Translations under genes and position numbers: made by a program | Assembly: GCA_951406725.2 (NCBI GenBank) | Contig: OX597816.1 | Location: 131,440,001 to 131,504,000 of the forward strand | DNA length: 64,000 bases | Origin: Octopus vulgaris | Taxonomy: Eukaryota | Reading direction: 5' to 3' | The notes under the pieces: generated by a model | Databases searched by the model: none | The model's input: only the letters and a program-made list of their open reading frames with translations | What the model was told of the DNA's origin: nothing | Shown: positions 13,147-25,835 of the stretch, piece by piece | Numbering within the stretch: the stretch's first letter is position 1 | How the letters are laid out: each line of letters opens with the position of its first letter

Positions 13147-13229
13147 ATCATTCTGATGATGTTTGTTAAATGAAACGAGATAAATTCAAATTTACTTCGA
13201 TTTGATAAACAGAAACATCTGTAAATGGT
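13147..13229 (+). ncRNA. Type-I hammerhead ribozyme motif, intact core
   Basis: atcatt-CTGATGA-tgtttgttaaat...atttgataaaca-GAAA-catctg-TA-aatggt. Confidence 0.8.
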
Positions 13230-13464
13230 TCTGAACTACAATTAAACTATGACCTTTTAATACCAATAATAAACTTTTCATTGTTATATACACACACACA
13301 GATACATACGAATATGTATATATTTATATATATACACATATATATGCATACTCTCATGCATACATAAATAGATACATATATGCATATATATATATATATG
13401 TGTGTATATGTGCATGTATGTTTGTGTTTCTGCATGTAAGTGCATGCATATATATGAGCATTGG

Positions 13465-14090
13465 TAATAAACAGCTTCTCTCTCTCAGAGTGAAAGGCAG
13501 ATTGTATGATGCCTGTGTGTGAACAGATATGCTACATGGTAGTTAAACATGGGCTGTGACTGAGACTTTTGGCGATATGCCATGCTTGAGAAGACCCATC
13601 AAGCCAAGTGAAATTATAGTAATGGCTGGTGTCATATAACTGGCACCCATGCTAGGAGATGTAAAAAGCATCTTTCAAGTGTTGGGCCTTATGGAGGCGA
13701 TGTGGCTAATGCCAGTGTTGCATAACTAGCACCTGTGCTGGCAACACATAAAAAGCACCTTTTGAGTATTGGGCCACATGGAGGCAATAACAAATGGCTG
13801 AGACTTTTGGCAATATGCTGTGTTTCAAAAGAAGACCCATCAAACCAAGTGAAATTGTAGTCATTGCAGATAGTGGTGTCGGACAATTGGCACCTGTGGT
13901 GGCGGCATATAAAAGCACCCATTACACTCTCAGAGTGGTTAGTATTAGGAAGGGCATCCTGACACAGAAATCATGTCAAATCAGACTGGAGTCTGGTGCA
14001 GTTCCCTCTCTCCCCAGCTTACAAGCCCTGGTCAAACTGTCCAACCCATGCCAGCATAGACAACGGACAGTAAATGATGATGATGATGAT
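13465..14090 (+). mobile_element. RTE LINE fragment with 3' UTR and (GAT)n tail
   Basis: LRVKGRLYDACV..MLHGS*TWAVT matches the 38325 copy; ends ccaacccatgccagcat...aaatgatgatgat. Confidence 0.8.
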
Positions 14091-14599
14091 ATATATATAT
14101 ATATATATATACACACGGCACACATACATGGAGCTTCATTTACACACACATATCTAGTCTTTTGGTTATTTCTTACAATTGCTAGGATGAGCAAGCACTA
14201 TTGTAAATGACAGTAGAGAAATAAGGTTATTGTAACCACAATATTTATATCTGAAAGCATACCATTCAAATTATTATTTGCCCAGCATGTTAAAAATAAA
14301 TCAGTCAAGTGACAATCATCATTTGACGCAAAGATTTCTTTTTCATTCTACTCTGTGTAAAAAGAGTCTTTTAAAAATTGAACTTGCAACAGTAATGGGC
14401 GTAATGCTTGCTTGTTTTGGTTTAGGTTCATTGCGTTTTTAGTTTTGTTGTATAGATTTAAGCCTGGGAATCTTTGGGCTGATAAGTAAGTTAAAAAAAT
14501 TTAGTGCAAGCATTAAACTACTTTATCTGATAAATAACAATGGTTGAGACCATCACTCATAACAACAACAACAACAACGATTTCAAACGAATTCAGAGA

Positions 14600-14750
14600 C
14601 TGGGTAAGTTGATTACATTGACCCCAGTGCTCAACTAGTACTTATTTTATTGACTCTAAAAGGATGAAAGGCCAAGTCAACCCCAGTAGAATTTGAACTC
14701 AGAATGTAAAGATGGACAGACTGCTGCGAAGCATTTTGCCCAGCGTAACC
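14600..14750 (-). mobile_element. SINE family B fragment
   Basis: gaccccagtgctcaactagtactta...gaatttgaactcagaatg. Confidence 0.75.
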
Positions 14751-15273
14751 TTAAGAAAATATATGCAAAGGAAGAAGGTGGTAGCATAATGTAAAAAAGT
14801 ATGTGGAATTTGGGATGAAATAATGGCACATGTTGCATAATGCCCCAAGTTGAGAATATAGGAAATGGAAGAATGATCAAGTTGGGAAAGTTTTGCACTA
14901 AAAGCTTCGTCAAAAATGGGGTTTTGAAGCTGAAAGTACATGGTAAAATCGTTGGGTAGAATGAGAACCTGAGTTGGAAAAATCCAAGAAGATAGAACAT
15001 CGCAAGCCAAATATTACAATAATAGACAAGGGAAAGCAAATTTGCTAACTGATTGATCCATCACATACATTTGATTCCAGGATTGTGAAGAAAAACGATG
15101 AAACTTAGTGCACATGCACAGCAAAGTTCATGATCAATCTGTGCTAAGCAGCTTCACTCAGTATGCTTTAGCTTCGTTACTATGGCAACAGTCCAGATAC
15201 TTATTGATCCGACCATGTATGTACATACATACATACATACATGCATACATACATACACACACATATATTTATG

Positions 15274-15308
<35 letters not shown>

Positions 15309-15309
15309 A

Positions 15310-15535
15310 TGTGTGTGTGTGTCTTTGTATCTGTGTTTCTTCCCAACCATCACTTGGCAACTGGTGTTGGTGTGTTTACATCCCCATAACTTAGTGGTTC
15401 AGAGGCCAATAGGTACTAGGATATCATAAGTACCAGGATTTAAATAATAAGTTCTGAGGTCAATTCCTTTAGCTAAAATGCTTCAAAGCAGTTGCCCCAG
15501 CATGGCTCCAGTCAAATGACTGAAACAAGTAAAAA
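15310..15535 (+). mobile_element. SINE family A, 3' half
   Basis: ggtgtgtttacatccccataacttag...cagcatggctccagtcaaatgactgaaacaag. Confidence 0.75.
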
Positions 15536-16299
15536 AAAATTATAAAAATATATATAGCCAAAAACCTCTTCTATTACTGCCTCTCGAAGTGACAACTTTA
15601 CTGAAGTAATGAAATAACTCACCTCAGGTATGAAACAAAATGTGATGAACAGAAAGAGAGAGAAGAAGGGGGAAAAAGGCGAGAGAGGGAGAGAAATATT
15701 GTTCATTGATTGACAAATTAATTTCAACAGAGAGCTGATGCATGACCTCACAGTCTGTGGAATCTAGCAGCTAAAACTCACATAAGACATACTCTACACT
15801 CATTAACATAAAACCACACACACACATATACAAACATGCACAAATACCCAAACACACACACTCAAGCACATATGATTTGTTTAATATTTTTTTATCCATG
15901 CTATTATGACAGACTAGAGTAGATATGAGGCAGGATTTTCATAGTCATACGCACTTCCTGTCACCCAACCTTCACCGGTTTTTCATGCAAGGGATTTTTT
16001 ACTACAAAGGAATCTGAAAGCATGGAACTAATGAACAACTTTGCTGGCAGCAGTTTGAACACAAACCATGGCACCTCATCACCACCATCATCATCACTTT
16101 TACCAGCTTCACCTTAATTACTCTTACGCCCTCTTATGCAATGCAGTATATCTCCTCTACAGCAACAAGAATGTTCCTAACACTTCTATGATGCTTTAAC
16201 TTCTCAATACCTTGCACAATGGTGCTGTTGGTTCTGTTCACGTTTCTGCTGCTGCTACTATTGGTACTGACGTCCTTGCTACTGTGGTCACTGTTAGGG

Positions 16300-16412
16300 G
16301 AGCTGCTGATAAGGTTGGCCAGCACCTTGGCTTCATAGACAACTCCCTTGGTTTCACAGTGGCCCCTCACTAGGCATCTGTTGCAATCCCTACATGAACA
16401 TCCTGCCTCCAC
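16300..16412 (-). pseudogene. PLE Cys-rich/GIY-YIG N-terminal remnant
   Basis: GCSCRDCNRCLVRGHCETKGVVYEAKV matches the CxC...C...C...V(I/V)Y motif also seen at 50686. Confidence 0.55.
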
Positions 16413-16417
16413 TTGAA

Positions 16418-16600
16418 AACCGATGTTGGCATGTTTACGTTCCTATAACTTAGTGGTTCAGCAAAAGAGACCAATAGAATAAATACTAGGCTTTCAAAGA
16501 ATAAGTCCTGGTATCAGTTTCTGCGACTAAAAGTCCATTAAGGTGGTGCTCCGGCATGGCCGCTGTCAAATGACTGAAACAAGTAAAAGAATAAAAGAAT
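16418..16600 (+). mobile_element. SINE family A, 3' half
   Basis: aaccgatgttggc...ggtgctccggcatggccgctgtcaaatgactgaaacaagtaaaaga. Confidence 0.8.
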
Positions 16601-17250
16601 ATATATATATTTTGAAGCTGGTTAGGGAAGGCACAGTTTATACTGTATACTCCAGTACTTTATGTTATTGATACTAAAAGGATGAAAAACAAAGGTGACC
16701 ACAACATGATTTGAAATCAGAATGTAAAGTGCCAGGATAAATGCTGCAATGCCTTTTTTCAGTGCTCTAACAATTCTGCCACCCACCCTGCTTTCTAAAG
16801 ATTTTTGCTAACCCACTTATTATATGTCACTCCATACTCTTTTTAATTTTTCTTTAGTTAGTAAAGCATGTAAACTAGTGTCCTTATAAAATATATTTAC
16901 TATTGAAATGGGTTAATACTTGTTTATTACTTGTCTGTGTTGATCCAAGTTCATTGTTTGTCATTGCTTACATTCACATTTAACCTGAGAATCTTTGGGT
17001 ACGTTTGTAAAAAAAAAGTATTACTTTTATCCTTACTGTTTCTTTTACTTGCTTTGAAGTCAGAAAATGTGTAGGAGTTCACGTTGACATTTCATGAGTA
17101 ATAAAAAAGGAAAATGAAAATGAAAGTACATGCATTATATGAAAGTCTATAATGTCTGAGCTAAAGACTGTTTCAATTTGTTTTCACTTCACTCTAACAA
17201 AGTTCTCTTGCTGCAAGTCTTTCATCTTGACATTAATGAACAGTGAAGTC

Positions 17251-17654
17251 TTAGAATTGTACAGGTCTGAGTAGGGATGGCAGGAAGGTAAGTCTTCTTG
17301 TTTTACTGGTTGGAGAAGGCACTGGTAAGATGTTTCTATTGTTGCTTGTGATGCTATCAAAGTTAGACCTTTCTTCTTTTCCCTTTATTATGGGAAGGCC
17401 TTTAGATGATTGGGAACAACACATATGTTTACCTGGGCATTCTGTTTTCAACCACTTGGTACTGTGCTATGTTGGTATTGTGTGGCAGTTTGATCACAGG
17501 GGGAATCTTTTCAAACTTTTCTGATCGTTTGGAGTAGGTACCTTTCTTCTTATCCCTGACAGATTCTTCAGGTGCAACTGGAGTAATCTTGGGATAGGTG
17601 CCTCATCCAGTTTATTAGTCATAACTGACCTACTACTTTCATCTTTGTCACTTG
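17251..17654 (-). other. Candidate terminal host exon, frame-disrupted
   Basis: Strong acceptor ttcttttgtattttaaccag; non-repetitive sequence with protein-like stretches in two frames ending RRLTFLPSLLRPVQF*; no continuous ORF. Confidence 0.25.
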
Positions 17655-18393
17655 CTGGTTAAAATACAAAAGAATGAAAGGAAACTCTTCACTCTTTACT
17701 GGTTCATTGCCTCTCATTCAGAGAGAAATCTAATAGTCACCATTCTGTATTACTTGTTAGTGACAAAGGTTTTCTCTTTTGATATTTCATTCAGGTGCTC
17801 ATCTACTTAGTCACGATAACTTTTTATGTTTATGAACTTGTATATTACCATGCATATTTCATTTGATTAATATCATATATCTAAAATTCTGACCTCAGTG
17901 AAAGCAATTTATTTGGTGCAGTATATAAATTATTACTGATTTCTCATCTAAGCAGCAACCCATATTATGAAAGAAGAGGAGAAATATGATTTGTTTTAAT
18001 CTATTGATCACTGAGAATTTAAAAGCCCTTTTTATGAATAACCTTCTGGATCATCATAAATACCATAATCTATTATGGTATTTATGATACAAAGGGTGTA
18101 GAGATTTAATTTCAGTTACATGCTGAATGAGGGAAATATAATATGAAATCATAATAAATCTTAGGTCTGTCATGAGCTTATAGTTTCATTAGTTTGGAGC
18201 TAACCCCAGTTTCTATGATACTTCTGGGATGCTAGTTTGTCATAGGTTTAACTTCTGCTTTTGCTGGTACTCATTTTCAGCAGAACAGAGTGAAGCAACA
18301 TGAAATAAACCCAATTAATGGACAGTGTTTAAGAAAAGACAACTATACTTTATTGAAACACAGTAAATGCATGGGCACATCAAAAGTATTTAC

Positions 18394-18444
18394 TTGTCTG
18401 AACTAGTAGTCCTTTGATGAGATGAGTTGCCTTTCCTCACCTGC
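18394..18444 (-). other. Candidate 51-nt host exon
   Basis: Acceptor ctttctttttaccatccctgtttcttag, donor gtaaat, open frame QVRKGNSSHQRTTSSD. Confidence 0.25.
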
Positions 18445-18689
18445 CTAAGAAACAGGGATGGTAAAAAGAAAGCAATATAATTCATCCCTTTTTCAGTTCT
18501 GCTTTGATAACTGTACTGCTCCAAAATGGTAAAATTACCAGCAATATTTCCTTTTTCAAAGTGGGCAACCATACATCATCTATTAAATATCATCCATTAT
18601 TTATCGACCAGTCAGTCTCATTAGATGTATCTCCTAATCAATGGAGTCTTGTGTAAGAAAGACACTCTAGAACTTCTGGAATTCTAACA

Positions 18690-19665
18690 ACCTCATTGGA
18701 CCCTCACAATTTGAATTTATCACTAATTCCAACTGCTGTGGGCAATTCATTGAATTTCTTGATGACATCACTTGAATCACATATGGTAGCTCAAGGGTGG
18801 ATGCTAACTATCTCAATTTCACCAAAACCTTTAATTCTGTGCTATGCAAATGACTCTCTGCAAGAGCTAGTCTTTGTATCTGACCGAAGTCCTTCATTCT
18901 TGGTTGGAAAGAAGTTGTCACAGTGCTGGGACAACATTCTGCACTCTGTGCCATGACATCTGGAATTCTGCTGGGATCTATTCTTGGTCTCTCGTTGTTT
19001 GCTACATATATATTAATGAAATGAATGCCAACCTGAAAATGTGTTACATGTTAAAACATGCAGAAATGTCAAGCTGTACCTTAAGATGAAAAGAACAGAT
19101 CCTATACACTACAGACCTTTCTTGCAACAAAAACTCAAGCATAATGCAGCAATGGGTTGCCAAATAGGAACTCAAGCTGGCTGTAGACAAGTGCATTACT
19201 ATGCATTTTGTGGAGGTGGGGATCTGGAATTTACCTAGTCCTTTCACAATATCAACGTTAAGAAGTCTGCTGGACAACAAGACCAAGGCATTATTGTAAA
19301 CAATGATCAACATTGGACAGACCATATTTCTAAAATTGCCTTAACATTACTCAATGAGACCTTTGTCAGTCATTCACTGACTATCTATTTAAAGCTATAT
19401 ATGGCTGCGGTGCAGTCACAATTTGCATCACCAGTCAAGAATCCTCCAACTTGTTCAGACTATTGATCTACTGGAAGCTGTCTAGAGAAAAGAAATCTGA
19501 TGAATACCCTCCATCTGTCACTTAACATATCTTGAATGTCTTGCTTCTCTGGGTATTGGCATCCTGAAGTTTCAACATCTAGCAGCTGACTTGGTAGAAA
19601 CCCACAAAATTATCCTCCTTTCTTTTCGAATTCAATATCTTTACCACCTGTGAACACACTTACAA
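18690..19665 (+). pseudogene. Decayed CR1-like LINE reverse transcriptase
   Basis: DANYLNFTKTFNSV (~DxIYLDFxKAFDSV), SGILLGSILGLSLFATYINEM (~SGVPQGSxLGPLLFxxYINDM), IPSICHLTYLECLASLG...AADLVETHKII. Confidence 0.8.
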
Positions 19666-19809
19666 AATAAAAAAAAAATGAATTTGTTGCTTTGACAGAG
19701 ATATTCCAATATTCATCTATTCTGCAGTGGCCTATGAAAGGATTAATTCTATAGAACTTGTAATTTACTGTAAAAGTGAGCTGTGGTGCCTTGTGTCACT
19801 TGTTTGTAG

Positions 19810-21438
19810 CAGAGGTGGGCACTGTTAATTGAAAAGTTAACTTTGTTAATTGTTAATTCGTTGACCAAAATGTTAACTTCGATAACCGTTAATCAGTTAA
19901 TTCTTTAAAAATGTAATGGATGTTATTGATAAATCGATAACACAAATTTTTATTATAGAAAAAAGAAATCAGCTTTTGCTCTTAAACCGCTGAAAAACAC
20001 CTTTAAAAAGTGCCAAAACTATAAAATCAGCCATTTTTGGCTTTAGGACCCAAAAACGTTAGTTTCTTTTTTTTTGGTTTAGAGTTAAAGAATGCTGATT
20101 TTCTAGTTTTAACTTTGAAAGACCTAAAAAATAGGCTGATTTCGTAGTTTTGGCCCTTATTTAGGTTTTTAAAGACTTTAAAGCAAGAAAAGGGCAAAAA
20201 AACCCCCCTCAAATGAAACAATATTAAATATTAAATTAAAACAGTTTATTGATAAAGTGACCGTAAAAAAATAAAAATAAAATATGAAAAGCACGATACA
20301 TACTGTAGTGGCCATAACATAAGAGTCACTAAGAACAAGTGTATTGAAATAGTTATTATAGAAGATAAACAACACGTCGAGACTAGATATTTTACACATA
20401 GTCAGATACATCAAATATCTATTTTTCGTGAAAATTCGAAGTGAATGGAATAAAAATTTCGTAAGTTATGAGGAAATAAACAAACAATCTTTCAAATTGC
20501 AGCAGCCAAAAGTTAAGGGTCACTTAGAAAAAAAAAATGAATTACTAACCGAGGTATTTGTTGTAAAAAAATATGTAGAAAACGAATATGAAAACAAAAA
20601 TTTGCGCAAACGAACAGTGGTAGGGACTTTCGGAAAATTCACAAGATCCGATTTTTTCCCTCATAACATTAAGGAAAATGGATATCTTTTTCCGAAGGGG
20701 TGGAGAGAGGATTGTCAGAAAGTTCATGCTGTCCGTTTTTTCCCCTCATAATTTTCAGGATCTAGTTTTGCACTCGGTCACCAAAACGAAAAAGAACCAG
20801 TCTAATAGGTGTACAAAAACGTGTAGAAAACGAATCGGAAAACAAAAAGTTGCGCAAACGAACGGGGTGGGTGGTGGGGAGAGGACTTTCAGAAAATACA
20901 CACAATGAGTTTTTTCCCTCATAACTTGCAGGAAAACATTTTCCCCACAAATCTCTTTATAATCGCAATCAATGCCGTTTGAGAGGTGTTTCTGTAAAAT
21001 TTCATTACGGATTTTCCTGAAAGTTATGGGGAAAAAAATTGGATTGTAGGAATTTTCCGAAGGTCTCTCACCCCACCGTTCGTTTGCACAAATTTTTGTT
21101 TTCGTATTCGTTTTCTATACATTTTTTTACACCTAGTACATTTTTTTTTCGTTTTGGTGACCAGGCGCTAAACTAGATCTTGAAAGTTATGAGGGAAAAA
21201 AATGGATCATGTTAACTTTCTGACAGTCCTCTCCCCACCCCTTTGGAAAACATTTTCCCCACAAATTTCTTTATAATTGTAATCTATGCTGTTTGAAAGG
21301 TGTTTCTGTGAAATTTCATTAAAAGATATCCATTTTCCCAAAAGTTGTGAGGGGTAAAAATCGGATCATGTTGATTTTTCCGAAATCCTCTCCCCAGCTC
21401 TCCGAATTAATGGATTAATGGCTTGGTGCCCAGGTTTG
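19810..21438. mobile_element. Non-autonomous hAT-type DNA transposon with internal foldback
   Basis: Exact 8-bp TSD gtttgtag (19802-19809 and 21439-21446); imperfect 13-bp TIR cagaggtgggcac / gtgcccaggtttg; gttaa-rich subterminal repeats. Confidence 0.8.
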
Positions 21439-21556
21439 GTTTGTAGCTACGTGGACTACACAAATGAGAGTTGAGTGTCTATGTTAAATTCACAGTATAG
21501 CACCATTGATGGAATATAAACCATCTTAACAACAACAACAACAACAACAAAAATAA

Positions 21557-21860
21557 TATGTTGGACATGAAGGTGAAAACGAAACCAGTAATAAATGGAG
21601 CATTGAGCATGATAAAAAAACATTTGAACAAAAATGTAGAAGCTATACCAGAATCCTCATGACTACACATCATCCATAAAATAGCCCTGCTAGGAACAGC
21701 CCACATACAACCTAAACAAAACAATTCACATACATAGGACACTTTCTATACAAGAAATATCCAATGAAATGAATGAATACCAGCAGGCTGGATATCCACT
21801 GAATTACACACCCAACACAAAATACAAACACTAATATAACAAAAGACTGCACCACACTTC
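21557..21860 (+). mobile_element. 3' end of an RLE-type (R4-like) LINE next to (AAC)n
   Basis: MLDMKVKTKPVINGALSMIKK...IPESS*LHIIHKIALLGTAHI. Confidence 0.7.
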
Positions 21861-22070
21861 ATAAAGACCTGAAGAAGATTCTAACTGGGCCTCACCTGCA
21901 AGGTCATGCACTGTTTATCTTGATATGAAATCACGCATATATGTCACACATATATTGTTGTGATGCATGTGTCTGGTGTACCCTTATCAGATGTGCAGTC
22001 ATGATTGGTATATTGGGCTTCGTATATTTATACCCCAGTGTTACTTTGATGGCATGTGCCGCTCTTTTGC

Positions 22071-22072
<2 letters not shown>

Positions 22073-22106
<34 letters not shown>

Positions 22107-22272
22107 GGAGGAGGAGAAGGAGGTGGTGATGGTGGTGGAGGAGAATAAGAAGAGGAGGTGGTAGTGGAAGATGAGGAGGAGGCTGTGGAAGAGGAGGAGG
22201 AGGAGGAGGAGGAGAAGAAGGAGGAGGAGGAGGAGAAGAAGAAGAAAAAGAAGAAGAAGAAGAAGAAGAAGA
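22073..22272. repeat. Compound (AAT)n(GGA)n(GAA)n microsatellite
   Basis: Direct reading. Confidence 0.9.
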
Positions 22273-22341
22273 TAGATTGATGGATGTATAGATAAGGTGA
22301 TTCACCTATAAAAAATTAAGATAGACTTATAGGAAGATAGT

Positions 22342-22378
<37 letters not shown>

Positions 22379-22487
22379 TGGCCATTGATAAAATATTTTC
22401 CTGAAAAATTTTATCCTATATCAATTATATATATATATATATATATAGGTATGTATGTATATATATATAAAAATTTATATCCTATAT

Positions 22488-22521
<34 letters not shown>

Positions 22522-22544
22522 TGTATGTATATATATATATATAT

Positions 22545-22602
<58 letters not shown>

Positions 22603-22690
22603 ATATATATATAGTATGTATGATGTATATATATTTTTTATATTTTATACATACATACATACCTATATATATATATATATATATATATTT

Positions 22691-22821
22691 ATTTATTATA
22701 TAGAAGGAGTTCTACAGGACTAGTACTGTTTCATTGAAGAGAAATCTTCAGGAAGCTTCCTGAAGATTTCTCTTGAATGAAACAGTACTAGTCCTGTAGA
22801 AGCTCCTTCTATATAATAAAT
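22691..22821. ncRNA. ~130-bp palindrome encoding a hammerhead motif on each strand (+22754-22804; -22709-22757)
   Basis: Plus strand agcttc-CTGAAGA-tttctcttgaat-GAAA-cag tactagtc ctg-TA-gaagct; axis AAGCTT at 22753-22758; within (TA)n. Confidence 0.8.
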
Positions 22822-22957
22822 TAATTTTACTCTGCTATGTATTGAGTACCTTACTTACTGTGGTTAACCCCGAATCAACCCGGGACCTACATATATATAT
22901 ATATATATATATATAGGTATGTATGTATGTATATATATATATATACATACATACATA

Positions 22958-23004
<47 letters not shown>

Positions 23005-24058
23005 CTGCCACATGCATGCATATATGGATGGATAGACATGTTAATAGCCTAACTCAAATGATTTTTTTAGAAAAAAGTCTTTTAATTAAATAAAACATGA
23101 TACATAAGGAAAATTAATAGTTTTTTTTTTCATCTGTATTTGACCGAGAAAAATATTTCATTACAATTCTTGAAATTCTATATAAGTGGCATAGAGTAAA
23201 TGTAAACTTTTAGTGAGTTGAATTTGTGAACCAGTTTCAATTCGTAATTGGAGATATTTCAGTCTGCCCACATCACTAATGCTTTAGATAGAGACATGAA
23301 CTTCACAGAATGTCACTCCTCACCCTACTCCTTTTTTGCTACCTAAACCTGAGCTGGCATGTCTATGTGAACCATGAATTCTTAAAGTTTTATTCTTCTA
23401 TGGTTCTTAAACTGTAGATTCTCATCTTAATCTTTGTCATTTGATCTATCTGTAAGTTACTATGAGCAAAATAATGTGTTGCATATTTACTGTTAATACA
23501 TATAATATGGCTTAGATTTTCAAAGGTCTTTTGGGAGTCATTTCCTGGAATTGGAGTACTGCCAACCCATCATATTGTGTTGAAATTTATATGTGAGAAA
23601 CATTTTTGTTCAGAGCTTACAGCTTTTCATTTCCATATAGGAATCAGTAAAGCATTTCTTTGGGTGCTGACGTATATTAAACATCAAGGAAAGAAAAAAA
23701 AAAACAAGAAAAAAATGCAACAAGAAAAGATGACATTTTGCTTTGATGGAAATAAATACATCGTTTTACTCAGTGCTGTTCACTGAAATTATGTGTGTGC
23801 CATAGAGCTGTGATAAGCTCTCAGCAAGGCAATTCTGCAAAGCAGACTCAATCTCTGCTTCAGCAATTTCATTTTATATACGTTTTGTCTCTCTCCTCTC
23901 CTCTCCTTGGGATTTCCAACTGTTGAAAATTCCTTTTTCTCAAATATCATTTTTTGAAAAATTAATTATGAAAATAAAGGCATGTCCAATCTTCTAACAT
24001 GAGACCGTTTGTTTTTCCACCGAAAGCCCTTGAGTTTATGTCCCCAACACCACCGTGT

Positions 24059-24300
24059 GGAGGTGCATGGCTTAGTGGTTAGTGTTTTGGATTGATGATC
24101 ATAAGATTGTGGTTTCGATTCTTGAACTGGGCAGCACAATTGTGTTCTTGAGCAAAACACTTCATTTGATGTTGCTCCAGTCAACTCAGCTGGCAAAAAT
24201 GAGTAATTCTGCAATGGACTGGCATCCTGTCCAGGTGAGGAATGTATACGCCATGGAAACTGGGAAACCGGCCCTTATCAGTTGGTATGACTAGAGAAGG
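24059..24300 (+). mobile_element. tRNA-derived SINE family C
   Basis: ggaggtgcatggcttagtggttag...gtttcgattc...ttgtgttcttgagcaaaacacttcattt...ggaaactgggaaacc. Confidence 0.8.
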
Positions 24301-24467
24301 AAACTTTTTTGCCCACCACCACCTCCTATACAGGCTTTTACTGCAAACCCAAATGTGTTACCTCAACAAAAGTATCACCTGGAGCAGATTACCCCTGATT
24401 CCAGCTATACTACTACCTGTGTGTGAAATCAACTGAGATAAAGTTGACTAGAATGCATACTACAGAA

Positions 24468-24683
24468 GGTGGTGAACTGGCAGAAACATTAGCATGCCAG
24501 GCGATATGCTTAGCAGTATTTCGTCTGTCTTTATGTTCTGAGTTCAAATTCCACTGAGGTTGACTTTGCTTTTCATCCTTTTGGGGTTGATGAATTAAGT
24601 ACCAGTTGTGTACTGGGGTCGATCTAATTGACTGGCCCCTGCCCCAAAATTTTGGGCCTTGTGCCTAGAGTAAAAAAAGAATA
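24468..24683 (+). mobile_element. SINE family B, full copy
   Basis: ggtggtgaactggcagaaacattagc...gggccttgtgcctagag. Confidence 0.85.
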
Positions 24684-25118
24684 TTAACCCTACAGTTATT
24701 AACAGTTGTGTATTGAAGTACAATGATGTGGATATAGATTTTTAGAATTTCATCATCACTAACTACAGAACAGAACAGGAAAAAATGTTATGCAGTGGAA
24801 TTCTAGAATCAGAAATGAACTGTATGGAGAATTTAACTAATGCTGTACTTTTGTCATGAAAACTTACTACTGAAATCACATATTTAAAAATGTATGCTCA
24901 ATAACTAGGCTAACTATAGAGTATATATATAGAATAAGTAACTATGTAATATAAGTTGTTGTATAACTATTTATTGTAGGCATAGAGTTGGTGGCTATTA
25001 TTATATAAGTTGCTAGTGTTATTGCTTATCTCTTTGTCAGCTCTCACTATTCCATTATTTCCTTCAGTATTGCACATCCAGGACTACCCTTTCTTTCCCC
25101 CTTTTCTTTTTGGTATTA

Positions 25119-25287
25119 TTTGATTCTTTCACCCACACTATTTTCACTAAGGAAAAAAAAAAATCGGGTTTTTTCTGAACAAAAATAAGGGGTTTGCAGC
25201 ATATTAGGAAGTCAGGGTATTTGATTCCATGCAAAAAATCCGAATTTATTTTTTTCTTAGTGAAAATTGTGCAAATGAAAGGATCAA
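25119..25287. mobile_element. Small foldback/MITE
   Basis: ttgattctttca...ttttcactaagg...aatcgggtttttt vs aaaaaatccgaa...cttagtgaaaa...tgaaaggatcaa. Confidence 0.6.
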
Positions 25288-25835
25288 AATTTACTTTCTT
25301 TTCAAGATGATAATATATAATCTGAAGGGATATTTGCCTGCTGAACAAGTAAACCAACTGCATAACGATTCCCCTTTTGACTCGACTTGAGTATAAGTAA
25401 ATATAGTGATAGATATATTACAGACATGTTCCAAGCATTAGACCACCTACTTATGAATCATGAATTCAAATTTACTGATGACATTTCCTAATGCTTCAGG
25501 GAAGAAGGTTTTCTCTACATTGCTTCAGTTCTTCTAACTGTCAGGAATTGACACCAAACCCACCTGGTTCTGCTCCAGACCAGAGTTTACTTTCCTCAGA
25601 ATGTATTTTTGCTAGAGCAAAGTTTTGATTCTGACTATGAACTGCTTGTAATGTTAATTTATTTTTTCCCAGAGTAGCATTTAATAAATGGACATCCTTC
25701 TTAGACACAAGAGATTATCACCAGTATAAGTGTTGTAAAGTAAATGTAACAAGTGTAAGAAAATCTAAAACAATTTTAAAGTAGTTGATGTATAGTTTTT
25801 AAGTCTTTTGCTATGAAACATGACACAGATATAAA

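Larger units (their letters stand above)
12556..13287. mobile_element. PLE-like element with ~190-bp inverted terminal repeats, each carrying a hammerhead
   Basis: 12556-12746 is the reverse complement of ~13098-13287; embedded in TA-rich tracts. Confidence 0.75.

Noticed and set aside
24059-24135. tRNA genes at SINE heads
   Set aside because: Only A/B-box-like remnants continuing into SINE bodies; no full cloverleaf
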